Virus record (IMG/VR): IMGVR_UViG_3300033153_013547
Location: 197,125 to 261,124 of that record
Length of the DNA stretch: 64,000 nt
Reading direction: 5' to 3' (one strand)
A program made the position numbers and the translations under genes. Below are positions 46,261-54,454 of the stretch, one piece after another. Below the pieces are notes generated by a model. That model made no database searches, had not been told where the DNA came from, and saw only the letters and a program-made list of their open reading frames with translations. The first letter of the stretch is position 1. Each line of letters opens with the position of its first letter.

Positions 46261-46958
46261 TATGCATCTCCTGCAACATCAAGACCACCAAATGTTTTCA
46301 TGTCTGGCAGACTAATAGAAGGTTTTATGTCTTGATTACCTTGACTTGAGAATTGTTTATGCTCTTCTCTGCTACTAAATAAATCTAGATAGGTAGCATG
46401 GGCTATCATTATGGCTGCTGCAATAACTCCACCAACATCCTCCCTACCAAGAATTTTAGATCCCAACATAACACCTGTTAAGATCTCTTGTCTGTTATCA
46501 TTTATTCCAAGCCGTTGATCCCTAGTAAATACTGGTAGCAAATGGAAGAGCATCTTAGACACAAAATCTACCCACATATCAGTTACATCATAATATTTGT
46601 GCTTGCAAGACCCCAATATGAAATTGATAAATATTGCCGTCGTTACTACAGATTCTATGAGCAATGGATGCTCAAGATCACCTAAATCAACGTCACTCAA
46701 AACTAATTGCATATCCAATGTTTCATTTAATTTACCACCATCAAAATCAAGCCTACGCAATTCGTTTGTTCCTGCTGATATGAATTCTTTACTGATACTA
46801 TCTGCGGATTTGGTTATCATTTTGACAGCTTCTGCAGGAGTTAGTGTAACGACCTCAGCACCAGATTTCTCCTCTAGCTCAGATTCAATCTCACTCAAAT
46901 CTTTTGCGTTTTTCATCCTAGACAATTTTCCACCCATAAGATCATTCAAAATTGACAT
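46260..46958 (-). CDS. hypothetical protein
   Basis: Coupled 232-aa ORF. Confidence 0.55.
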   Translation of the reverse strand: MSILNDLMGGKLSRMKNAKDLSEIESELEEKSGAEVVTLTPAEAVKMITKSADSISKEFISAGTNELRRLDFDGGKLNETLDMQLVLSDVDLGDLEHPLLIESVVTTAIFINFILGSCKHKYYDVTDMWVDFVSKMLFHLLPVFTRDQRLGINDNRQEILTGVMLGSKILGREDVGGVIAAAIMIAHATYLDLFSSREEHKQFSSQGNQDIKPSISLPDMKTFGGLDVAGDA

Positions 46959-47395
46959 TATTTGTCTCCCTCAACATCTATTGGAACTAGATCTACGGTA
47001 ATACTCTTGACAGTATCATACTGTAGATTATTTATTATGTTTCTGCCTTCTATCAATTTGGCAGAAACCACAAAACACATGTTGTTAGACTCAATCTCCA
47101 ACGATACATCATATAGTTTCTTACCATCTTCTACAATATAATCGTTGGCATCAACAACAATTACAGCATATATTGCTTGATCACAACAGAGCACTGGGTA
47201 TATGCTGTTTCTAGTTATTCCTAATTCATGTAATATTTGATGATAAGCCTGTCCTAGCTGTATAAATGCTTCTGCATTACCATGATCCATATCTGGATGA
47301 ACTTCTTTAGCAAGCTTTTTATATGCTCTATCAAGAGACTGCTTGGACAATTTCTCCATCTTTTGCTTCAACAGAGCGTGATAATTCTGCTTCAT
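46958..47395 (-). CDS. J-domain (DnaJ-like) protein
   Basis: AYKKLAKEVHPD...AFIQLGQAY. Confidence 0.8.
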   Translation of the reverse strand: MKQNYHALLKQKMEKLSKQSLDRAYKKLAKEVHPDMDHGNAEAFIQLGQAYHQILHELGITRNSIYPVLCCDQAIYAVIVVDANDYIVEDGKKLYDVSLEIESNNMCFVVSAKLIEGRNIINNLQYDTVKSITVDLVPIDVEGDK

Positions 47396-48050
47396 GTTCT
47401 AATACCAACTCAATTACTGTAGAAAGTGCATCTACCATACGAGATCTAACCTGTATAGCTTTATTAGTATTTTGGCTCAACATTCTATGGTAAAAAGCTG
47501 GATGATACATGGGCACAAACTTACAACTAACTCCATTCCTAGTAACATCATATGTTCCACCACAACATTTACTAATTGGGATATGAATATCAAACAACTT
47601 TAGCACTGCAGCTCCACATCCCAACACAACAGAAGGACGAACATGATTCCACATATGATCAAATACTGGAATACAAGCAGCATATTCATCATCAGAAGGT
47701 GTTCTGTTACGTTGTGTTCCTTCAAACACAAACTGGCATCTGGCCATATTAGTAAATAATCCTCTTCTTAGAGGTGTATCATCAGAATCTGTGTCCTTTT
47801 GCCAATTAGTCTGGGCTTCTTTCATTATACCTCTTAGAACCTTACCAGCTGCTCCTACAAATGGTCTGCCCTGTTTGATTTCGTCTCTGCCAGGATTCAT
47901 GCCAATTATTACATAGCTAGGATCTGCTGCCCCTTCATCAAAAACAGGTCTTAGCCCATTGACTGGATCATTGTAACGTATAGCTCCTGGGCATTTCTGA
48001 CAATCAAAAAAATCTTTGTAAAACAACACATTGTTAGGTTTGTATATCAT
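47331..48050 (-). CDS. udg: family-4 uracil-DNA glycosylase (Fe-S)
   Basis: CQKC, IGMNPG..E..QGRPFVGAAG, TNMARC, NRTP...E..AC, YHPA. Confidence 0.9.
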   Translation of the reverse strand: MIYKPNNVLFYKDFFDCQKCPGAIRYNDPVNGLRPVFDEGAADPSYVIIGMNPGRDEIKQGRPFVGAAGKVLRGIMKEAQTNWQKDTDSDDTPLRRGLFTNMARCQFVFEGTQRNRTPSDDEYAACIPVFDHMWNHVRPSVVLGCGAAVLKLFDIHIPISKCCGGTYDVTRNGVSCKFVPMYHPAFYHRMLSQNTNKAIQVRSRMVDALSTVIELVLEHEAELSRSVEAKDGEIVQAVS

Positions 48051-48447
48051 CTACATCACCCTGTTCTTTCAATACACTTTGTGGATCTTGCTCCATCATT
48101 TCTGTGAGTTCTTGAGCTATTTTTTCATGCATTTCATTGGCTTCTTTATCACTACCATGATTGATATGATCTATATGCCATGGGCTGGAAAAGCAAGATA
48201 TCTGCCTGCTAATATCAGCATCCCAATATGGATCATCCCAATGTGCATGAAAAACCATAGTTTCATAATAACGATCAAGTCCTATTTCCTCAAATTCCTT
48301 ACCTTCTGACATTTGCATTGCTCCAACACTCGAAACCACTATACGAATGTCACCACACTCCAAAAGTGTATTACGTCTGAAATTACAATGATGAGCAGCA
48401 CCAAAATGTGCAGTCCAACCGCGCTCTGTTCTGGTTACTCTATTCAT
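48034..48447 (-). CDS. conserved phage hypothetical protein
   Basis: ERGW.AHF...C.FRRNTLL...RYYETM.F pattern. Confidence 0.6.
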   Translation of the reverse strand: MNRVTRTERGWTAHFGAAHHCNFRRNTLLECGDIRIVVSSVGAMQMSEGKEFEEIGLDRYYETMVFHAHWDDPYWDADISRQISCFSSPWHIDHINHGSDKEANEMHEKIAQELTEMMEQDPQSVLKEQGDVDDIQT

Positions 48448-48866
48448 TTTCTCTCTCCGACTAACCCGGGATTATCATGAATATTGCCCAATTTCTTATA
48501 TTTTCCTTTCTTCTGCACCATAAGTGCCAATTCATTATAACCTGAATCCAGATCTGGTGTTAGATCAAATGCTGGGTAGTTCCTATCATCACAATATGTA
48601 ACCACACGCACATCAGTAGGATCATCAGGATTGGGAAGATAAACATCTCCCTCAAATATTTTTTCTTCATTATAGTCTAACAATCCAGTATATTGCCCAA
48701 CTGTATCAGGATCTACTACAACATATCTAAATCCATTAGTTATACAACATTCTTTGCTGCTAATCCACATAATCCAGCCATAAACCCACTTGCCATATGT
48801 ATGTGACAACATACTTGATGTATCTATACTTTTAGCACGAAACCAAATCTCTCTCATTTTAATCAC
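48444..48866 (-). CDS. yopX: YopX-family protein
   Basis: MREIWFRAK...WVYG...TVGQYTGL.D...IFEGD...GNIHDNP. Confidence 0.85.
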   Translation of the reverse strand: MIKMREIWFRAKSIDTSSMLSHTYGKWVYGWIMWISSKECCITNGFRYVVVDPDTVGQYTGLLDYNEEKIFEGDVYLPNPDDPTDVRVVTYCDDRNYPAFDLTPDLDSGYNELALMVQKKGKYKKLGNIHDNPGLVGERK

Positions 48867-48868
48867 CT

Positions 48869-50053
48869 CTATAATCCAGCAGCAAATCCTGTTTTCTCAT
48901 GATCAACAGGATCACCACGTAATCCCACGCTCAGTTCAATAGCTCTTGTAATCACTTCATCTACTAAACCAAGTTCTTTCAACTTTATAGCTAGCCTACC
49001 CTCACCCTGTTCCTTAACTTCTGTTCCATCAAGAGATTTATAATTATACCATGAACCAGATCTTGTAATTAGTCCCTCTATCTTCCCTGCCTGGATTACT
49101 CCATGCAAATTGTCAAATCCTGGTTCATGAAAACCATAAAATTGACTCTTACTATCAGCTATATTGACTTGTTTCACCCAAAATCTTGTGGCCACAGGTT
49201 CATTACCAAATGGAGAACCATATTTATTCTTCATTACACGAACATTGATTTCATAGGCATATGCCTCTTTGATCTTGTTCTTGTCAATATCATTAGCAGT
49301 TATACATGGCTTGGTATATTTATAGAGATCTATTCTCTGCTGAGCATAATATGGCAAAGCCCTTCCTCCACCACCAATCTTAGTCTTAGCCCCAGGCATT
49401 GTAGCCATTGTTGCTCTATACTGATTGGTGATCAAAAGAGTGCATTCATTAGGTGAAAGTAACCTAGGAATCCTCCTAAAAAAAACAGAATTTAGCTTAG
49501 GTTTGGTGTCCCTGATTCGAGCATCTATATTCATCTGCCCATCACTCTTACCTCTGATTTTGTCAATAGTATCTGCTGTTTGCATAGTATCCATAGAATC
49601 TATGATCACTAACCCAAACAAACCAGTAGCTACTGCTTCATTTATGAAATTGTAGATCTCCTCAGCACTTTCAATGCTAGACATATTATCTACAACAAAG
49701 AGCTTATTACTCTTAGTATCACCCTCATAGTTGCCACCTAGTGCATTATACCATGAAGGATCTAAGGATTGTTCTAGATCAAAAAACAACACTGATCTAT
49801 CATAATTCTTGATCATGCTTATAGCTGATACAATACACAAGGCTGTTTTGCCACTATGTTCATCACCCAGTATTTCAACTGTCTTACCAACACCCCATCC
49901 TCCATGCAACATATAATCCACTGCAGAAGAACCTGTGGCATAAAACTTCTTTTCCATAACCTTATCTGTTTTGAGAGGAATGTTGAACTTGGCTCTCAGA
50001 TCATTGAGAATTTGGGAGGCAGGAGTGACTTTACTAACTTCTTTCTTACTCAT
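48869..50053 (-). CDS. recA: RecA/UvsX-like recombinase
   Basis: EILGDEHSGKT, FDLEQSLDP, IIDS, ITNQYR, GGRALPYYA..RIDL, KNK. Confidence 0.88.
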   Translation of the reverse strand: MSKKEVSKVTPASQILNDLRAKFNIPLKTDKVMEKKFYATGSSAVDYMLHGGWGVGKTVEILGDEHSGKTALCIVSAISMIKNYDRSVLFFDLEQSLDPSWYNALGGNYEGDTKSNKLFVVDNMSSIESAEEIYNFINEAVATGLFGLVIIDSMDTMQTADTIDKIRGKSDGQMNIDARIRDTKPKLNSVFFRRIPRLLSPNECTLLITNQYRATMATMPGAKTKIGGGGRALPYYAQQRIDLYKYTKPCITANDIDKNKIKEAYAYEINVRVMKNKYGSPFGNEPVATRFWVKQVNIADSKSQFYGFHEPGFDNLHGVIQAGKIEGLITRSGSWYNYKSLDGTEVKEQGEGRLAIKLKELGLVDEVITRAIELSVGLRGDPVDHEKTGFAAGL

Positions 50054-50102
50054 AAATACATAACTTCCTATATCCTAATTCCTTGTTCATCAGTCCAGCC
50101 TT

Positions 50103-50510
50103 CTAAATATCTATACCATCAGTGCTTGGTACAGCAGTAGTACTTGCTTCTTCTCTGTTATCAACCTTGGGAATGATTTTGATGTTATACGGAGTAATCT
50201 GAGACCTAACATCAGCATCTTCCCCAGCAGGCTTCCAGTAGTCAAAGACACCAGAAACTACCAACTGATCCCACTTCTTGGCTGTTTTGTAGTAATTGAT
50301 CTGCCCTTCACTATACACTAACTGACTTATGTTATAGGTCTGACTGATCCATTCTACTGACCCATCTGTTCCCTTGAGTCTTTTACTATCTTTTACAAAG
50401 AAACTTACACTCCATGCCTTTCTGCTACTACCATCTCTACCTACAATTTCTTTTTCTGTAATAGTAGGCAAGCACAACAGAGTTACAACACCAGTTACAT
50501 ACAAACTCAT
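50103..50510 (-). CDS. ssb: single-stranded DNA-binding protein (OB fold)
   Basis: OB-like strand pattern (KWDQLVVSG), acidic/hydrophobic tail (DGIDI), between RecA and Rad52-like gene. Confidence 0.55.
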   Translation of the reverse strand: MSLYVTGVVTLLCLPTITEKEIVGRDGSSRKAWSVSFFVKDSKRLKGTDGSVEWISQTYNISQLVYSEGQINYYKTAKKWDQLVVSGVFDYWKPAGEDADVRSQITPYNIKIIPKVDNREEASTTAVPSTDGIDI

Positions 50511-50526
50511 ACGTTTTCTCCTTTAA

Positions 50527-50754
50527 CTAATCCTTGATTTTTTTCTGTCTCTTTAGATCCCTTACTTGATCTAATCCACACTCTCCACAAGTTTTGATTG
50601 TACAATCCTCAAATTTCCACACAATGTGAGGTACAGTAAACATCCTTTTTGCATCTTCACCACATTTAGGACATGTTGTTATACCAGGTGCTTCACCAAG
50701 TCTAAATGATATTTCTTGCTCTCCACACTTTTCACACCAATATGAATAGATCAT
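50527..50754 (-). CDS. FmdB-family zinc ribbon protein
   Basis: YSYWCEKCG...CPKCG...KRMFTVP. Confidence 0.75.
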   Translation of the reverse strand: MIYSYWCEKCGEQEISFRLGEAPGITTCPKCGEDAKRMFTVPHIVWKFEDCTIKTCGECGLDQVRDLKRQKKIKD

Positions 50755-51065
50755 ATATTTTCCTCTCCCTCAACAACGATACTATCTATCGTTGAGAATG
50801 CATTATAAACCTTTTCTGCTGCAGATTGTATCTTGGCATTATCAATAACAGACATATCTTCTATTACTAGCAACAAATCATAAGAAGTAAGCATAAGAGA
50901 CTTTAGGAACTCTATGGCTGTGTGATTATCATTACACATACACCCAAACCCTGTTAGCAGCTTTCTAACAGTATCACCAAATAATACTGGATCCTCACAT
51001 TCATCAAAAATTTGGATCAGTGTAGCCATAAACACTCTTGATATTTCTGTAAGGTCATTAGACAT
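50751..51065 (-). CDS. hypothetical protein
   Basis: Coupled ORF. Confidence 0.5.
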   Translation of the reverse strand: MSNDLTEISRVFMATLIQIFDECEDPVLFGDTVRKLLTGFGCMCNDNHTAIEFLKSLMLTSYDLLLVIEDMSVIDNAKIQSAAEKVYNAFSTIDSIVVEGEENI

Positions 51066-51855
51066 AAGGACTCCATGGTCTGCCTGATCTTTCCTCCATG
51101 ATTATAGACAGATCTCTCATAACTTTAGTAAAAGTACTTGGATCCTTCTTAGAATCCAATTTGCTAAGATCATATTCATAGTCAATATTGTGTTCCTTCA
51201 ACCACGCTGTAATTGCTTCCCAATCTGTTTTACCATCAGCTTTAGCAGCAATTCCAGCATTACGCCATGCTTGTGTAAACCTTACAAGATCTATAGTATT
51301 AACTTTACAGGTATCGTCTCCCTCCATGATATCTTTTAGCACGCTTCCTTTATACATTTGTAGTCCAATACCAAAAAGCGTAGCAGCCTTTTTCATAGCA
51401 TCACTCACAGCACCTTTAATAGCAGTATCTACACCACCTGCTGTTACGGTGCAAGTGCCAGTATGAGACCTCTTCCCAACGCCTTCTATACCAATAGACA
51501 CACATGCATTAACATATGGTTCTATTATTATATTAAGCTCCTGAACCACATAATACTGGTTCTTTATAGACACAAGTCTTTTTGCCCTAGGATCATCCGA
51601 GTCGCGCAATTTAACATATTCTTCCTTGCTAATTTTCGTTTTATCAAAAGACTTCAACATACAACCATCATGTAATTCTACATTTTCTACGGTAAGATCC
51701 CATGGTATTCTCGCCTTATTTAGTATATCGATCACAACAGGTGGACGAATGTATTCATGACCACCATAATCTTTATCTATATGTTTTTGATCTATAGAAC
51801 CATAGAAAACAGAGTATGCCTTCTGTACTGTAGACACTGATTTTTCATTAACCAT
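51058..51855 (-). CDS. Rad52/Rad22 (Sak)-family ssDNA-annealing protein
   Basis: HEYI...VIDILN...WD, KGAVSDAMKKAATLFGIGLQMY. Confidence 0.85.
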   Translation of the reverse strand: MVNEKSVSTVQKAYSVFYGSIDQKHIDKDYGGHEYIRPPVVIDILNKARIPWDLTVENVELHDGCMLKSFDKTKISKEEYVKLRDSDDPRAKRLVSIKNQYYVVQELNIIIEPYVNACVSIGIEGVGKRSHTGTCTVTAGGVDTAIKGAVSDAMKKAATLFGIGLQMYKGSVLKDIMEGDDTCKVNTIDLVRFTQAWRNAGIAAKADGKTDWEAITAWLKEHNIDYEYDLSKLDSKKDPSTFTKVMRDLSIIMEERSGRPWSPYV

Positions 51856-52097
51856 TACAGACCTCCTGGTCCTTTTTTACCTAGTGGACATATGGGTCGT
51901 ATCCACTGAATTTCTCCACCAGAGCAATAATCCAGAGCATATTGTTTAGCCTGTTCCACACTTTTAGCACTAACCAACACCGTTGCTACCCCAGAATCAC
52001 ACAAAAAAGATTTTTCCAATAATAATACTCTTACTTCAAATGATCTCAACTTAGTACTTAAATATCCAACTCTGATGATATGATGTTTATCTAACAT
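51855..52097 (-). CDS. hypothetical protein (DpnD-like V.A.S.E.A motif)
   Basis: VLVSAKSVEQAKQYA. Confidence 0.45.
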   Translation of the reverse strand: MLDKHHIIRVGYLSTKLRSFEVRVLLLEKSFLCDSGVATVLVSAKSVEQAKQYALDYCSGGEIQWIRPICPLGKKGPGGL

Positions 52098-52482
52098 ATG
52101 CTATCACATCTTTCTCCAGAACAATAACAATATCATCAGATACTTTAGTAGGCCTTGAATCATTTTCAAATGCTATTAAATTTAGTAGATCAAGATGATA
52201 CCTGCTACCTTGTCTAGCCTTTTGGTACATTTCCACAGCACCATCAATATCATCATTCAATATTTTGTTGAGCCATCTATTTGGTCCTTTTATGATAACT
52301 TTTTGCCCTACAGTCACACTATTGATATCATTAGCTACAGCCAAAACAATACCACTTAAACTAGACACTTTGGTTGCCCCATAATCAGGTATTACTATTC
52401 CTGAATCCAAGACGTTGTCTATTGCTTTCATTCGTATCATCACAGCTTTGGAAGGAAGATTGATCTTTGAGTAATCCATCAT
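52087..52482 (-). CDS. GroES-like paralog 4 with internal insertion
   Basis: AVMIRM...SGIVIP...GIVLAVA...VTVGQKVII...IVLEKDVIAYV. Confidence 0.75.
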   Translation of the reverse strand: MMDYSKINLPSKAVMIRMKAIDNVLDSGIVIPDYGATKVSSLSGIVLAVANDINSVTVGQKVIIKGPNRWLNKILNDDIDGAVEMYQKARQGSRYHLDLLNLIAFENDSRPTKVSDDIVIVLEKDVIAYVR

Positions 52483-52487
52483 GTCTC

Positions 52488-52715
52488 CTACAAATCAATT
52501 TCTGGAAACCTTAATTCAGTTTTAGAAGAAGATTGCCTAACCAAATAATATCCACCCACAATCTTCCCATTAGCCTTCCTTGCTTTCTGTACTGCTTCAG
52601 CCGGAGCAAGAGCCACTACTCTAGTAGTAAATCTAATTTCATTATTACAATCAAACGCCTTTACGAAATACATTCTATCATTACGTTTTCCTCCACAACC
52701 TTTGCAGCCCATCAT
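52488..52715 (-). CDS. hypothetical protein
   Basis: GCKGCGG N-terminus; V.A....EA motif. Confidence 0.5.
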   Translation of the reverse strand: MMGCKGCGGKRNDRMYFVKAFDCNNEIRFTTRVVALAPAEAVQKARKANGKIVGGYYLVRQSSSKTELRFPEIDL

Positions 52716-53134
52716 TCGTTATACCGCCACGTATTATAACCAATGCTATCATAAAACTTACCATTGAATAATGTTTCCAATATTTCTGCCATCTCTGCGG
52801 AAATATCGGACCAATTATCTAAATCATCCCATATAGTTCCCCGAGGATCAATTGTGGTTTTATAATAGTCTCCGCTGGTTTCATAATCTCCAATAATAAC
52901 TATTCTATCACCAGCCCATCTACCTACAAACCTCATCTGTGTTTTTGTAAGCCCATCAATATCTCCACCACCACGTGGTCCATTCTTACAACTTCCAGCA
53001 AGCAGGATTGTAAGTGCTTGCTCAGGACCAGGATAGGTACCCATTATTTCCATTACCTTCAACCCAGATCCAAGATGATGTGGATCAAGATACTCTCTCT
53101 TGTCTAAATTACATATCCTATGATATTGTCCCAT
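52712..53134 (-). CDS. conserved phage hypothetical protein
   Basis: MGQYH...NLDKREY...GLK..E...GRWAGDRIVIIGDY pattern. Confidence 0.7.
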   Translation of the reverse strand: MGQYHRICNLDKREYLDPHHLGSGLKVMEIMGTYPGPEQALTILLAGSCKNGPRGGGDIDGLTKTQMRFVGRWAGDRIVIIGDYETSGDYYKTTIDPRGTIWDDLDNWSDISAEMAEILETLFNGKFYDSIGYNTWRYNE

Positions 53135-53143
53135 GATATCCTC

Positions 53144-54454
53144 CTACAATTCCATAACTTTCATTCTTGATAAATCAAAATACAAAAGAACTCTAGCATC
53201 TAACCCTCCAAACCTTCCTTTTAACACATGAAGACTAAGGTTGGCATTAGGTTGCCCACAGGCTGCTGCCTTTGCTTCACTTAGGGGTTCCAAAGCAATA
53301 ATATTATCTAAGTGTCTCACAATGCCATAAGAATCCCCCATACTACGTAAAGTAAGTTCTTCTCCTATTGTTGATCCTCCAGACGATCCTCTTTTGGATT
53401 GAGCAGCAGTTACTACTGCTACTTGATGTTTCTGTGCAATATTATTTTTCAACCTATCTGCAAATCTTGAAAGAGTTTTGTACCAGTTATCTGCATCAGA
53501 ATCAGATTCTGGCTTGATATGATCTAATACAATAACTTCTGTACCATAAACCTGAATATGCTTTAACATTATGTTAAACATTTCCTCATATTTAACAAAG
53601 GACATATACAAGAATTTACAATCATTAGTCTTGGAAACCTGAGTAAAAACATCTTCCAATTTCTTCTTGTAAGAAATAGATGCAATAGCCTCTCCACTCT
53701 CTATATCCTTGATCCTAACTCCAGACAGATTGGCTACTATTTTCACAAAGATCTCATCTTCATTCATTTCTGTGTTTATATGAAGAACTTTAAGTCCTTG
53801 TTGATAAGCCAATTTTGCTGTCAATACTGATAACAATGAAGACTTGCCAACACCTGAATTTGCTAAAAAACAAGTAACATTTCCAGGGACAAGCCCCCCT
53901 AATCCTTTATATGAATCATCTAAAGTAGGAAACCCCATAGGGTATCCCTCTACTGCTGGCCTACCAGTACGATATTTATCAATGAGCCCATGCCCCAGTG
54001 ATGTTGTAGTACTTTCTGCCGTCCCAGCTCTCAATACATCAACAACATTAGACACATGATTTACAATTTCAGCCTCACTGGTTGATGAAGAAATTTTGTT
54101 ACCAATATTACTGAGTTGCCCTTTGGCTAACTCTTTAGTCCTTTCACATCTTATAAAATCTATGTGTTCAGATATGTTGTCCTTACTTTCTCCTAAATTT
54201 CTCAACCTTGAGCATTCTTCCATGAACATTGCTTGATCAGTAACAACATTAGCTCTTGTTAACATTGTTAGAATAGCATGTTCAGTTATAGTTCTTCCAT
54301 CTTCTGTTATTGAATGAGCAGCAAATACTATACGCTGAAACAATTTATTCGAAAACAGCGTATAATCCAACCTATCAATATATCTAACCCATACCTCTGG
54401 ATTGTTCAGTAGTGCTGATAATAACGCTTCTTCTGCTCTTTTTGTATCACTCAT
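53144..54454 (-). CDS. dnaB: DnaB-like replicative helicase
   Basis: GFPTLD...GGL.PG, ANSGVGKS, NTEM, IVLDHI, AAQ, VLKGRFG. Confidence 0.9.
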   Translation of the reverse strand: MSDTKRAEEALLSALLNNPEVWVRYIDRLDYTLFSNKLFQRIVFAAHSITEDGRTITEHAILTMLTRANVVTDQAMFMEECSRLRNLGESKDNISEHIDFIRCERTKELAKGQLSNIGNKISSSTSEAEIVNHVSNVVDVLRAGTAESTTTSLGHGLIDKYRTGRPAVEGYPMGFPTLDDSYKGLGGLVPGNVTCFLANSGVGKSSLLSVLTAKLAYQQGLKVLHINTEMNEDEIFVKIVANLSGVRIKDIESGEAIASISYKKKLEDVFTQVSKTNDCKFLYMSFVKYEEMFNIMLKHIQVYGTEVIVLDHIKPESDSDADNWYKTLSRFADRLKNNIAQKHQVAVVTAAQSKRGSSGGSTIGEELTLRSMGDSYGIVRHLDNIIALEPLSEAKAAACGQPNANLSLHVLKGRFGGLDARVLLYFDLSRMKVMEL

